Source: Candidatus Omnitrophota bacterium
GTDB lineage: Bacteria > Omnitrophota > Gorgyraeia > Tantalellales > Tantalellaceae
NCBI GenBank assembly: GCA_043823375.1
Contig: JBDRAX010000229.1
Location: 1 to 42,203 of the forward strand
Length of the DNA stretch: 42,203 bases
Reading direction: 5' to 3'
A program made the translations under genes and the position numbers. Below are positions 19,572 to 29,718 of the stretch, piece by piece (position 1 is the first letter of the stretch; each line of letters starts with the position of its first letter). The notes beneath the pieces are model-generated. The model saw only the letters and a program-made list of their open reading frames with translations, was not told where the DNA came from and did not search any database.

Positions 19572-20342
19572 ATGGAATTGATCCTGATATTTATTTTTGG
19601 GGCGATAATCGGCAGTTTTCTCAATGTATGTATTTACAGGATCCCTCTTGGCAAATCCATTGTTTTTCCCGGGTCGTTCTGTCCTGTCTGCAAGAAGCCT
19701 ATACCGTGGTTCTCTAATATACCTCTTTTGAGTTTTATCGCTCTGAGGGGAAAATGCCGGTACTGCCGTACTCCTATACCATTGAGATATTTTCTCGTTG
19801 AACTCGTAACGGGCTTGAGCGGTATCGGCCTGTTCCTGTTCTTCGCGTTCAATATTAAGTTTGTTATTTTCTGGTTTCTGGTTTGTATCCTGATAACTGT
19901 AACGGCCATTGATATCGAACATCAGGAGATCCCGGACGTGATAACGATACCCGGGATAGCGGCAGGAGTTTTGTTGATGACGATTTTTAAACTTGACGGC
20001 GCTGTTTCCTGCCTTTCTTCGTTCCTCAATTCAGCCGCGGGGGTTGCCGCCGGCGGGGGAAGCATGTTCCTCCTTGGCGTCGCGGGTGAACTTATTTTCA
20101 GGAAAGAGGCTCTTGGCGGCGGGGATGTCAAGCTGATGGCCATGCTCGGCGCGTTCCTGGGATGGAAACTCATTCTTGTGACATTTTTTATAGCTCCGCT
20201 ATTCGGAGCATGTGTCGGGATATTCATGAAGATAAAATTCAGGAGTGAAATAATACCATACGGGCCGTTTTTGTCTCTGGGGGCTGTGTTCAGCCTGTTG
20301 TACGGAGAACAGGTCCTGAAATATTTATTTGCCGGCTATTAG
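19572..20342 (+). CDS. pilD: Type IV prepilin peptidase (A24)
   Basis: GSFLNVCIYRIP, CPVC/CRYC, GGGDVKL and PYGPFL. Confidence 0.93.
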   Translation: MELILIFIFGAIIGSFLNVCIYRIPLGKSIVFPGSFCPVCKKPIPWFSNIPLLSFIALRGKCRYCRTPIPLRYFLVELVTGLSGIGLFLFFAFNIKFVIFWFLVCILITVTAIDIEHQEIPDVITIPGIAAGVLLMTIFKLDGAVSCLSSFLNSAAGVAAGGGSMFLLGVAGELIFRKEALGGGDVKLMAMLGAFLGWKLILVTFFIAPLFGACVGIFMKIKFRSEIIPYGPFLSLGAVFSLLYGEQVLKYLFAGY

Positions 20343-20385
20343 CGTGTCATCCGGAAAAACTCCTAACTGCAAGGGGGATACATTT

Positions 20386-21522
20386 ATGTTGAGATATATG
20401 ACAGCGGGGGAATCACATGGCAAAGGTATAATGGTTATCCTGGACGGTGTCCCCGCGGGACTTAAAATGGACGAAGGAGCTATCCGTTCTATACATTCCG
20501 ACCTGAGGCGCAGGATGCACGGATACGGCCGCGGAGGCCGTATGAGCATCGAAAACGATAAAGCTGAAATTATCTCAGGCATAAGGAAAGGCGTGACGAT
20601 CGGAAGCCCCGTGGGGATGATAATACTCAATAACGATTATAAGATCGACGAACTTCCCGATGTGAAAGACCTCAGGCCCGGGCATGCCGATCTGGCGGGT
20701 ATTCAGAAGTACGGGTTTAACGATGCCAGGGATGTCCTCGAAAGGGCAAGCGCGCGTGAGACGGCTTTGAGGGTAGCGGCGGGCGCTGTAGCCAGGCTCA
20801 TACTGAAGGAATTCAGCATAAGGATCTTGAGCCATGTTACTATGATAGGCGGGGTCGAGGCTGATACGTCTCAATTATCCTTTGATGAGATACTCGAGTT
20901 GTCGGACATATCTGTGTCAAAGGTCAGATGCGCCGATAAAAACGCGGAAAAGCTGATGGTCGGCGCGATCGACCTCGCGAGAGAACAGGGCAATACCCTT
21001 GGCGGAAGTTTCGAGGTGCTGGCTGTCGGAGTGCCTCCGGGGCTGGGAAGCTACACCCAGTGGGACAGGAGAATAGACGGCGCTCTGGCGCGCGCGCTTA
21101 TGTCCATCCCGGCGGTTAAAGCGGTGGAAACAGGCAATGGGATAAAGAACGCGTATAAAAAAGGTTCCGAGGTCCATGACAGGATAGTATTTGACGGTAA
21201 ATCTTTTTCCAGGCTGTCCAATAACGCCGGCGGGGTGGAAGGCGGTGTGACAAACGGCCAGACGCTTGTCCTGAGAGCTTTCATGAAACCGATAGCCACA
21301 CTGGCTTCTCCGCTTAAATCGGTTAATATCGATACCGGGAAAGAAAGCTACGCGTCTTGCGAAAGGTCGGATGTTTCGGCTGTAGGGGCGTGCGGCGTGG
21401 TGGCGGAAGCGGTTACCGCGATAGAGATAGCATCCGCTTTCCTTGAGAAGTTCGGGGGAGATTCCATGGAAGATGCCGGAAGAAATTATGCCGGGTATCT
21501 GGGGCGGTTAATAAAAATATGA
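20386..21522 (+). CDS. aroC: Chorismate synthase
   Basis: MLRYMTAGESHG start (ATG 20386 after AAGGGG), RPGHAD, ERASARETA and NNAGGVEGG. Confidence 0.97.
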   Translation: MLRYMTAGESHGKGIMVILDGVPAGLKMDEGAIRSIHSDLRRRMHGYGRGGRMSIENDKAEIISGIRKGVTIGSPVGMIILNNDYKIDELPDVKDLRPGHADLAGIQKYGFNDARDVLERASARETALRVAAGAVARLILKEFSIRILSHVTMIGGVEADTSQLSFDEILELSDISVSKVRCADKNAEKLMVGAIDLAREQGNTLGGSFEVLAVGVPPGLGSYTQWDRRIDGALARALMSIPAVKAVETGNGIKNAYKKGSEVHDRIVFDGKSFSRLSNNAGGVEGGVTNGQTLVLRAFMKPIATLASPLKSVNIDTGKESYASCERSDVSAVGACGVVAEAVTAIEIASAFLEKFGGDSMEDAGRNYAGYLGRLIKI

Positions 21523-21562
21523 GCGCCCGGCGCGCGGCGTTCTGAAGGATAAAGGGGATCGG

Positions 21563-22081
21563 ATGAAAAATATCGTACTGGTCGGATTCATGGGGACCGG
21601 TAAAACGGAGATCGCCAGAGGGTTGGCCAGGGACCTGGAGAAAAAATATGTAAGTGTGGACGCGCTGATAGAGTCCGTGGAAAAAAGAAAAATAAAAGAT
21701 ATATTCAGCAGTGACGGGGAACCTTATTTCAGGCGCGCGGAGAAACGCGTCATAAAGGAGCTGAGCGAAAAAACGGATCTTATAATAGATACGGGCGGCG
21801 GCGCGGTCCTGGACAGCGAAAATATGGTTTCGCTTAAAAAGAACGGTATCATAGTCTGCCTCTGGGCTTCGCCGGATGTGATCTACAGGCGGACAAAGTC
21901 GCACGGGCACAGGCCGCTTCTTAACGTGGAAGACCCTGAAAAACGCATAAAAGAAATGCTGGAGTACAGGCGCCCTTTTTATGAAAAAGCCGACGCGCAC
22001 ATAGATACTTCGGGCCTGACTAAAAAAGAAGTAAGAGAACGGATAAAAGAGATCATAGGTGAATATGGCCGGGAAAACTGA
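21563..22081 (+). CDS. aroK: Shikimate kinase
   Basis: GFMGTGKT, GEPYFR, TGGG, RPLL and RRPFY. Confidence 0.96.
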   Translation: MKNIVLVGFMGTGKTEIARGLARDLEKKYVSVDALIESVEKRKIKDIFSSDGEPYFRRAEKRVIKELSEKTDLIIDTGGGAVLDSENMVSLKKNGIIVCLWASPDVIYRRTKSHGHRPLLNVEDPEKRIKEMLEYRRPFYEKADAHIDTSGLTKKEVRERIKEIIGEYGREN

Positions 22082-23078
22082 AAAAAAGAAGATAGTGAAG
22101 ACCGATAAAAATACGATTTTGTGGGGTATCTTTTTCAAAAAACTGCTGCAGAATTTCGAAGCTATGGTAGCGGTTGTGGATCCGGGCGGCAGGATCATAT
22201 TCGCCAATGAGAAATATGTCGCGGTATTCCGGCCGGAAACGGGGAATGTTTTCGGGAAGGAATGGATAAAGATCAGCATCCCGGCAAACAGGCACACTGC
22301 CGCGCGCGTCATTTTCGGCAAACTTGAAAAAGGGAAAAATATACAGTGTATTGAATCTCCCTCTTCAGCAAGGTGCGGAAAGATGTCCTGGTTCTGCATA
22401 CCGCTGGCGGATAAAAAAAGTTTTTATAATATGATAATAGGCCGTGAGATAAAAGGTAAACGCGCCGGGGTTCCCGGGCCGGGCATATCCGCGTCTCAAA
22501 AACCGGGCGCTTTGTCACGGATGATAATCAACGATATTTTTAACGCTTCCCGCGCGAGTGACCCTCATACCGCGGAACATTCCGAGCGCGTCATGCTTTT
22601 CGCTGTAAAGCTCGCTAAAGAACTTAAGATGGATAACACTTCGATAGTGCGCCTTAAGATCGCCTCTCTTCTGCATGATCTCGGTAAGCTGGCGGTTGAC
22701 CGTAAGATCCTTTTAAAAAAAGGGAAATTGACCAGGCGTGAATTCCTGGAGATAAAAAAACACCCGAGATGGGGGGCTGAAATAGTAGGCCTTATATATT
22801 TTCTGCGGGATATCATTCCGATCATGGTAAAACATCATGAAAATTTTGACGGCAGCGGGTATCCCGAAGGTATCGCGAAAAATAACATACCTCTTGAAGC
22901 GAGGATATTGAGCGTGGCGGATATTTATGAGGCGCTTACAGCGGACCGCCCTTATCGAAAGGGTTTTTCACGCGAAGAGGCTATCGCGATCATGAAGTCC
23001 GAAAAAGGCAAAAAACTCGACCCGGAAATAACGGATATATTTATCGGCATGTTAAATTCCGGGAAGATCAAAGGATAG
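22059..23078 (+). CDS. PAS-like sensor plus HD-GYP cyclic dinucleotide phosphodiesterase
   Basis: VVDPGGRIIFAN (PAS-like), HSERV, LHDLGK, HHENFDGSGYP and ADIYEALTADRPYR. Alternative start ATG 22065. Confidence 0.88.
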   Translation: MNMAGKTEKKKIVKTDKNTILWGIFFKKLLQNFEAMVAVVDPGGRIIFANEKYVAVFRPETGNVFGKEWIKISIPANRHTAARVIFGKLEKGKNIQCIESPSSARCGKMSWFCIPLADKKSFYNMIIGREIKGKRAGVPGPGISASQKPGALSRMIINDIFNASRASDPHTAEHSERVMLFAVKLAKELKMDNTSIVRLKIASLLHDLGKLAVDRKILLKKGKLTRREFLEIKKHPRWGAEIVGLIYFLRDIIPIMVKHHENFDGSGYPEGIAKNNIPLEARILSVADIYEALTADRPYRKGFSREEAIAIMKSEKGKKLDPEITDIFIGMLNSGKIKG

Positions 23079-23083
23079 GAAAA

Positions 23084-24208
23084 ATGCTTAGCAAAACCTG
23101 CAGAGATATGATCGCGCTTCTTTTCGTGCCCGGGATAGGCCCCCGGAAGCTGATGTCTTTACTGTCAGAAGTGAAAGACACGGAAGAAATATTTTATCTG
23201 CCGGATGACGTCATTTACCGGATAATCGGCAGATACCCTGGCCTCGCGGCGGGAATAAGGAACGCGCGGAAAACCGCCGAATATGAAAAAGAGATGATGT
23301 TCCTCTCCGATGAAGGGATAAATGCCGTGTGTTGCGAGGACCCGGGGTATCCTGAAGCGCTAAGTACCCTGTACAGTCCGCCTCCCGTGCTTTTTATGAA
23401 GGGCGCTATCGATGTAAACGATATGAACGCCGTCGCGGCCGTAGGGTCCAGGCGGTGTTCTTTGTACGGCCTTCAGGCCGCGGAAAAACTGGCGTTTGAA
23501 CTCGCGCGGAACGGTGTAACGGTTGTCAGCGGCATGGCTAAAGGGATAGATTCAGCCGCGCACAGGGGCGCGATAAGGGCGGGCGGGAGGACTATCGCTG
23601 TTATGGGGACGGGATTCAGGAATATATATCCCGCGGGGTCCGAAAGACTTTTGAGGGACATATCTGAAAACGGCGCGGTCATTACCGAGTTCTCTTCTGA
23701 CGTGGGAGCTTCGAAATCCAACTTCCCCAGAAGGAACCGTATAATAAGCGGCCTGTCGAAAGCTGTAGTCGTGGTCGAGGCGGAGGCGCGGAGTGGCGCT
23801 TTGATAACTGTTGATTTTGCTCTGGAACAGGGGCGTGATGTTTTTGCCGTACCGGGCAGAATAGGAGAGAGGACCAGTATGGGGACGAACCGTCTTATTC
23901 AGTCCGGCGCCAAACTTATAACGTGCGTGGAAGACATACTGGAGGAAATAAATGTCACGGCCGCGGTTGAGAGAGATAATAAAAATAATAGTACAGAAAC
24001 TTTAGATATGTCAGGGTTGAGCGATGAAGAGAGGGCGGTTGTCGGCAGGATAGGCGGAGACGCCGTGCATATAGACGATATCGGTGAAGGTATAGATATC
24101 AGAAAAGAAGTTTTACCTGAAATCCTGCTCAGGCTTGAGCTCAAAGGGAAAGTTAAGGCTCTCGCGGGAGGGAGTTTTAAATTGCGCGGCGCGGTTGTGG
24201 GCCGGTAA
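23084..24208 (+). CDS. dprA: DNA-processing protein DprA
   Basis: VGSR, VSGMAKGIDSAAH, FPRRNRIISGLS, SGALIT and GRDVFAVPG. Confidence 0.96.
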   Translation: MLSKTCRDMIALLFVPGIGPRKLMSLLSEVKDTEEIFYLPDDVIYRIIGRYPGLAAGIRNARKTAEYEKEMMFLSDEGINAVCCEDPGYPEALSTLYSPPPVLFMKGAIDVNDMNAVAAVGSRRCSLYGLQAAEKLAFELARNGVTVVSGMAKGIDSAAHRGAIRAGGRTIAVMGTGFRNIYPAGSERLLRDISENGAVITEFSSDVGASKSNFPRRNRIISGLSKAVVVVEAEARSGALITVDFALEQGRDVFAVPGRIGERTSMGTNRLIQSGAKLITCVEDILEEINVTAAVERDNKNNSTETLDMSGLSDEERAVVGRIGGDAVHIDDIGEGIDIRKEVLPEILLRLELKGKVKALAGGSFKLRGAVVGR

Positions 24209-24327
24209 CGGCTTCAGCCCGTGGTGAAACGGCCGGTTGTTTACGGCTTATCCTTAAAGGGTTGAAAAAAAGTTAAGAACGGGCGCGCGCCCCGTAATGC
24301 CCTTAGAAAAACAGGGAGGAGATTGGC

Positions 24328-26490
24328 ATGCCTGATAAAAAAGAAGAAAGGCCTGTAGGCGGCGCTGAGGACACGACTAAAAAGAAACGGGCGAAAAAAG
24401 TTCCTTCATCTCCCGTGAAATCGCCGCGGAAGAAAAAAACATCTTCCGCTCCGCGCCGGTCAAAGTCCACTAACCTTGTTATTGTCGAGTCCCCGGCAAA
24501 ATCCAAGACGATAAACAAGATCCTGGGTAAGGAATATAAAGTCATGGCCAGCATGGGGCATATAATCGATCTGCCGGAAGGGCGCATGGGCATAGATTTC
24601 GAAAACAAGTTTAAAGCCGAATATACGGTAATGAAAGGCCGGAAAAAGTACCTTATGAGCCTGAAGAAAGAAGCGAAAGCCTCAGGATCGATCTATCTTG
24701 CCGCTGACCCTGACAGGGAAGGAGAAGCGATCTGCTGGCATCTGAAAAATCAGCTGGCCGGCAAAGGCCTTGATGTGTTCAGAGTGAGTTTCGATGAGAT
24801 AACGGAGAAAGCTGTAAAAGAGGCGTTTAAAAACCCGAGACAGATCGACATGAAACTTGTCAACGCCCAGCAGGCCAGGCGCATCCTCGACAGGATAGTT
24901 GGGTATTCTCTCAGCCCGCTTTTATGGAAAAATGTCACCCGTGGTTTAAGCGCCGGAAGGGTCCAGTCCATGGCTGTCAGGCTGATCACAGACCGTGAGG
25001 AAGAAATAAGAAAGTTCAAACCCGAGGAGTACTGGAGCATAGATGTACTTTTAAAGAAGATCAACGAACCTCCGGCAGGCTATAACGGGACTCTTACCTT
25101 CAGGGCCAAGCTTCATAAGTATAAGGATGAAAAGGTCCAGATACCGGATAAAGAGTCTTCGGACGCGATCCTGGCCGGTTTGAAGGACGCGAAATTTATT
25201 ATAACGGAAATAAGCAGAAAAGAGAAAAAAAGCTATTCCCGGTCGCCGTATACCACGTCGATATTACAGCAGGACGCGTTCAATAAACTTAATTTTTCCG
25301 CCAGTAAGACAATGCAGGTAGCCCAGAGGCTTTATGAGGGCATAGAACTCGGGGAAGAGGGGAGCATAGGTTTGATCACTTATATGCGTACGGATTCTGT
25401 GCGCGTATCGGATGACGCGCTGAATGAAGTACGCTCGTATATAGTATCGAAATACGGTAAAGAATACTGCCCGGACAGCCCGCCTCAGTATAAATCGAAG
25501 AAGCGGGCCCAGGAAGCGCATGAGGCCATACGCCCTACACTGCCTTTGAGGAGCCCGGCTGAACTCAGTAAATTTCTTGGCCCGGATGAATACAAGCTCT
25601 ATAATCTTATCTGGAAACGGTTTATTTCCAGCCAGCTTAAAAGCGCGGTTTTTTCCGTTTTAACGATAAATATAGACGCGGGCGAATGCAGGTTCAGGGC
25701 CGGAGGAGCCACTCTGCTTTTTGACGGTTTTCTGCGTCCGTACAGGGACGATGGCGAGTTAGGCACGGAAATGACGGAAATACCGCCTCTCGCGGTCGGA
25801 GAAGAAACAAATCTGGAAGAGATTATACCGGAGCAGCATTTTACCAAACCCCCGCCGCGTTTTACCGACGCGTCGCTTGTTAAAGACCTTGAAGATAAAG
25901 GGATAGGCAGGCCGTCAACCTACGCGCCGATCATTAAGACCATAATCACGAGGAATTACATAAAGCGCATCGGGAAGAGCCTTCAGCCTACGGAACTGGG
26001 AGAGCTTGTGAATAAGCTTCTTGTCGACAATTTTTCTGATGTCGTTGACGCGGATTTCACGGCCAGGATGGAAAATGAGCTGGACAGTATTGAGGACGGC
26101 AAGCTGGATATGGAATATGTGCTTAACGATTTTTATTCGTCTTTTATAAAACAGCTTGAAGAAGCTAAAAGTACGATAAAGAACGTAAAACGGCAGGAAG
26201 TGCATACTGACCAGGTCTGTGAATTATGCGGGAGGCCTATGGTCATTAAGTGGGGCAGGCGCGGCCGGTTTTTAAGCTGTTCGGGTTTTCCCGCCTGTAA
26301 AAACGCCAAATCAATAAGTACAGGCGTAAAATGCCCCCAGGAAGGATGTGACGGCGAGCTTGTGGAGCGAAAATCCAGCCGGGGCATGTTTTACGGGTGT
26401 ACCCGGTATCCGAAATGCACGTATATTTCCAAAAAGCTTCCGCAGGATGAGGAAAACCGGGAGGACAGCGGGGAAAAAATAGAAAATTAA
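24328..26490 (+). CDS. topA: DNA topoisomerase I with a basic N-terminal extension and C-terminal Zn ribbons
   Basis: IVESPAK, DPDREGE, SAGRVQS, ITYMRTD catalytic Tyr, GIGRPSTY and two C4 ribbons; RBS GGAGG. Confidence 0.97.
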   Translation: MPDKKEERPVGGAEDTTKKKRAKKVPSSPVKSPRKKKTSSAPRRSKSTNLVIVESPAKSKTINKILGKEYKVMASMGHIIDLPEGRMGIDFENKFKAEYTVMKGRKKYLMSLKKEAKASGSIYLAADPDREGEAICWHLKNQLAGKGLDVFRVSFDEITEKAVKEAFKNPRQIDMKLVNAQQARRILDRIVGYSLSPLLWKNVTRGLSAGRVQSMAVRLITDREEEIRKFKPEEYWSIDVLLKKINEPPAGYNGTLTFRAKLHKYKDEKVQIPDKESSDAILAGLKDAKFIITEISRKEKKSYSRSPYTTSILQQDAFNKLNFSASKTMQVAQRLYEGIELGEEGSIGLITYMRTDSVRVSDDALNEVRSYIVSKYGKEYCPDSPPQYKSKKRAQEAHEAIRPTLPLRSPAELSKFLGPDEYKLYNLIWKRFISSQLKSAVFSVLTINIDAGECRFRAGGATLLFDGFLRPYRDDGELGTEMTEIPPLAVGEETNLEEIIPEQHFTKPPPRFTDASLVKDLEDKGIGRPSTYAPIIKTIITRNYIKRIGKSLQPTELGELVNKLLVDNFSDVVDADFTARMENELDSIEDGKLDMEYVLNDFYSSFIKQLEEAKSTIKNVKRQEVHTDQVCELCGRPMVIKWGRRGRFLSCSGFPACKNAKSISTGVKCPQEGCDGELVERKSSRGMFYGCTRYPKCTYISKKLPQDEENREDSGEKIEN

Positions 26491-26495
26491 CCATT

Positions 26496-27368
26496 ATGAG
26501 ACGGCTTATAGAAAAATTCAGGAATTTTCTTGTGGTAGAAAAGAACTATTCCGGGCATACGGTCAGAGGATATATGACGGACCTTGAGGAACTCGCGGTT
26601 TTCAGCGAGGACAGGCCGCCGTCCGAGTTAACCCATCTTGACTTGAGGCGTTTTCTCGCTGAACTTAAAAACAGAAATTGTTCCAGAAGGACCGTGGTGA
26701 GAAAGCTCGGGGCGGTACGGTCTTTTTTTCGTTTTCTGTTCAGGGAAAAACACATACGGGTTAATCCGGCTGATAGTATTTTTACGCCTAAAGTCGATAA
26801 GCGCCTGCCTGAATTCCTTGATGAAGAAAAGATCATGAAACTTATTGTATCACCGCCTCTTGACAGTATATCCGGCCTGAGAGACAGGGCTATCCTTGAA
26901 GTGCTCTATTCCACGGGTATACGTGTCAGTGAACTCGTAGGGTTTAACCGGCAGGATATCGATCTTATAGCGGGTGTCGTAAAAGTCCGCGGAAAAGGAA
27001 AAAAAGAACGGCTGGCGCTTCTGGGAAAAGAATCCCAGAAAGCGTTGAGAAAATATATTATGGCTGTTGAAGGCCAGCCCGTGGACTCGTCCGGGGCTGT
27101 TTTTTTAAACACGAAGGGCACAAGGCTTACTGACAGAAGCGTGAGAAGGCTGATAGATAAATATGTGAAAAAATGCAGTATAGAGCAGCATATTTCTCCT
27201 CATTCCATCAGGCATTCTTTTGCAACGCATCTACTGAATAATGGCGCGGATCTGAGGAGTGTGCAGGAACTTTTGGGGCATAAAAATCTTTCGACCACAC
27301 AGATATATACGCATTTAGGGTCGAAAAGGATAACAGAGATGTATTTAAAAGCGCATCCGCGCGCGTAG
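26496..27368 (+). CDS. xerC: Tyrosine recombinase XerC
   Basis: GIRVSE, GKGKKER, HSIRHSFATHLL and LLGHKNLSTTQIYTH; dprA-topA-xerC synteny. Confidence 0.9.
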   Translation: MRRLIEKFRNFLVVEKNYSGHTVRGYMTDLEELAVFSEDRPPSELTHLDLRRFLAELKNRNCSRRTVVRKLGAVRSFFRFLFREKHIRVNPADSIFTPKVDKRLPEFLDEEKIMKLIVSPPLDSISGLRDRAILEVLYSTGIRVSELVGFNRQDIDLIAGVVKVRGKGKKERLALLGKESQKALRKYIMAVEGQPVDSSGAVFLNTKGTRLTDRSVRRLIDKYVKKCSIEQHISPHSIRHSFATHLLNNGADLRSVQELLGHKNLSTTQIYTHLGSKRITEMYLKAHPRA

Positions 27369-27398
27369 AGGCGTCCTGGAGAAAAAGGCATACATAAA

Positions 27399-28676
27399 AT
27401 GAGAGCGTTATACGACATATTTTTTGTGTTTTTCAGTATCGTTTATATACCCGGCCTTTTGTTCGGGAGAAAGATGCACAGGGGATTTATCCAGAGATTC
27501 GGTATACTGCCCGGTGGATTGACAGGCCCGGAGGACAGGCCCTTGTGGATACACGCCGTAAGCGTGGGGGAAGCGGCAGTGGCCGCGAAGATAGCGGCGC
27601 GTTTTAAAAAAATGATGCCGGGAATAAAAATACTGGTCTCCGTTACAACGAGGACAGGGTATAATATGGCCCTTAAGGCCGGCAAAAACGATATTGACGG
27701 CGTTTTTTATAGTCCGCTGGACATAAGCGCGGTAGTATCCCGCGTAGTCCGTAAAATAAATCCGCGCGCGTACATTATGATCGAGACTGAGTTATGGCCC
27801 AATATCCTGGAACAGATGCGGTTACGGGGCGTGCCTGTCGCGCTTGTCAACGGAAGGATATCGGATCATTCTTTCAGGAATTACATGAAAATAAAGTTTT
27901 TAACCCGGAGGATCCTGGGCTGTATAGGCTGTTTCTGCATGCAGTCTGATGACGACGCGTGCAGGATAAAGGAACTCGGAGCTCCAAAAGCCGGAGTTTT
28001 CGTTACCGGGAATGTTAAATTCGATGAAACGCCTCTATCCACTGAGTCACGCGTGTTCGATAAGAAAACTTTTGGCTTTAACGAAAATGAAGAGGTTTTC
28101 GTCGCGGGTAGTACGCATTTCCCGGAAGAGAGGGTTTTGATCGGGGTTTATAAAAAACTCAGGGACAAATATCCGGGCTTGAAATTCATATTGGCCCCCA
28201 GGCATATAGAAAGGGCATCCGGGATACGCGAACATTTCCTGAAGGAAGGTGTTAAATGCCGTTACCTGTCGGAGATCCTGGCCGGCGCGGGGAAAAGAGC
28301 GGAGGGCTGTGATGTCGTCCTGGTTGATACCATAGGGCATTTGAAAACGCTTTACAGTATGGCTTCCGTCGTTTTTATCGGGGGAAGCCTCGCCGGAAAA
28401 GGCGGCCAGAATCCGATCGAGGCCGCGGTGTGGGGAAAGCCCGTTGTGTTCGGGCCTAATATGCAGAATTTCAGGGAAATAGCGCGTGTTTTCACGGAAA
28501 GCGGCGCGGCCGTAAAAATCAATGACGCGGGGGAACTGGGAACCGTATTGGACGGCATCCTGGGAGATGCCGGTAAAAAAACGCTTATGGCAAAAGCCTC
28601 GGCGGAAGTAATAGAAAAAAATTCCGGAGCACTGGGCAGGACTGTTGACAGGATAAAATGTTTTCTGGGGCTGTAG
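27399..28676 (+). CDS. waaA: 3-deoxy-D-manno-octulosonic acid (Kdo) transferase
   Basis: WIHAVSVGE, ETELWPN, GNVKFD, GSTH, APRHIER and GGQNPIE. Confidence 0.95.
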   Translation: MRALYDIFFVFFSIVYIPGLLFGRKMHRGFIQRFGILPGGLTGPEDRPLWIHAVSVGEAAVAAKIAARFKKMMPGIKILVSVTTRTGYNMALKAGKNDIDGVFYSPLDISAVVSRVVRKINPRAYIMIETELWPNILEQMRLRGVPVALVNGRISDHSFRNYMKIKFLTRRILGCIGCFCMQSDDDACRIKELGAPKAGVFVTGNVKFDETPLSTESRVFDKKTFGFNENEEVFVAGSTHFPEERVLIGVYKKLRDKYPGLKFILAPRHIERASGIREHFLKEGVKCRYLSEILAGAGKRAEGCDVVLVDTIGHLKTLYSMASVVFIGGSLAGKGGQNPIEAAVWGKPVVFGPNMQNFREIARVFTESGAAVKINDAGELGTVLDGILGDAGKKTLMAKASAEVIEKNSGALGRTVDRIKCFLGL

Positions 28677-28677
28677 C

Positions 28678-29718
28678 ATGGGGATTCGGAAATATATTTA
28701 TGATCTTATGACAGACAGGCGCGGCGGATTTTTGGGATCCGCGGTTAAACATATGCTTTTTGTCATTTCGCTGTTATACGGCTCAGGCATAAAGATAGTG
28801 AACCTTTCGTATGCCGCGGGGATAAGAAAAAGGCATAAAGCCGGTATACCGGTAATAAGCGTAGGCAATATCACGCTTGGAGGTACCGGCAAAACTCCTT
28901 TTACGATATTCCTGGCTGATCACCTCGTGTCATCGGGCGTGAAGCCCGCGATACTTACGCGCGGATACGGCGGGGACGAAAGCAGGATGATGAAAGATGA
29001 CCTTCCCGACGTTCCGGTGTTTGTCGGGCAGGACAGGGTGAGGAACGCGCGGAAGGCTGCCCGGGCGGGTATAGATGTTATTATACTTGATGACGGGTAT
29101 CAGCACAGGCGGCTGGAAAGAGATCTTAATATAGCTATGATCGACAGTATGGTGCTGTTCGGGAACGGGCAATTGTTCCCGAGGGGGATACTCAGAGAAC
29201 CGGTTTCTTCCCTGCGGCGCGCGGATATTCTGGTACTGACCAAGTCTGATATGGCAGGGGAAGAAAGGCACGGGGAAATAATGGAATACCTTAAGGTTTA
29301 TTGCCCTGGTAAGCCGGTCATTCGCGCGGAACACCGTGCCTGTTCTTTTACCGATGTTTCCGGCGCGATATACCACGCGGATACGGTTAAGGGCCATAAG
29401 GTGTTACTGGTAAGCGGGATAGTAGACCCGGAGTATTTTAATTTTATGATCGCCGGGCTTGGCGCCGGGGTTGTATCGCGGTTTGATTTTATGGACCATC
29501 ATAAATACACTCAGGCGGATGTGACCGAGATATATAACAGATGCTCCGGGGCCGAAAAGATCATTACGACTAAAAAAGATTATGTTAAACTGCGCGGCCT
29601 TGATATATCCTGTATCGAAGATAAACTGTTCGTGTTTGATATAGTTATCGATATTGTTGAAGGAAAGGAGGAACTACTTGCTGGACTTAATAGCCGCGGC
29701 ATTTGTAAGAGGCCTTAA
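28678..29718 (+). CDS. lpxK: Tetraacyldisaccharide 4'-kinase
   Basis: SVGNITLGGTGKTP, RGYG, LDDGYQH, PRGILRE and TTKKD. Confidence 0.95.
   Translation: MGIRKYIYDLMTDRRGGFLGSAVKHMLFVISLLYGSGIKIVNLSYAAGIRKRHKAGIPVISVGNITLGGTGKTPFTIFLADHLVSSGVKPAILTRGYGGDESRMMKDDLPDVPVFVGQDRVRNARKAARAGIDVIILDDGYQHRRLERDLNIAMIDSMVLFGNGQLFPRGILREPVSSLRRADILVLTKSDMAGEERHGEIMEYLKVYCPGKPVIRAEHRACSFTDVSGAIYHADTVKGHKVLLVSGIVDPEYFNFMIAGLGAGVVSRFDFMDHHKYTQADVTEIYNRCSGAEKIITTKKDYVKLRGLDISCIEDKLFVFDIVIDIVEGKEELLAGLNSRGICKRP

Noticed and set aside
21413-22399. 328-aa minus-strand ORF
   Set aside because: Antisense to the well-supported aroK and HD-GYP genes; Phe-rich mirror of Lys codons.
26496-27368. Prophage or island integrase
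   Set aside because: Sits in the housekeeping dprA-topA-xerC context, with no att sites, tRNA or phage genes nearby.
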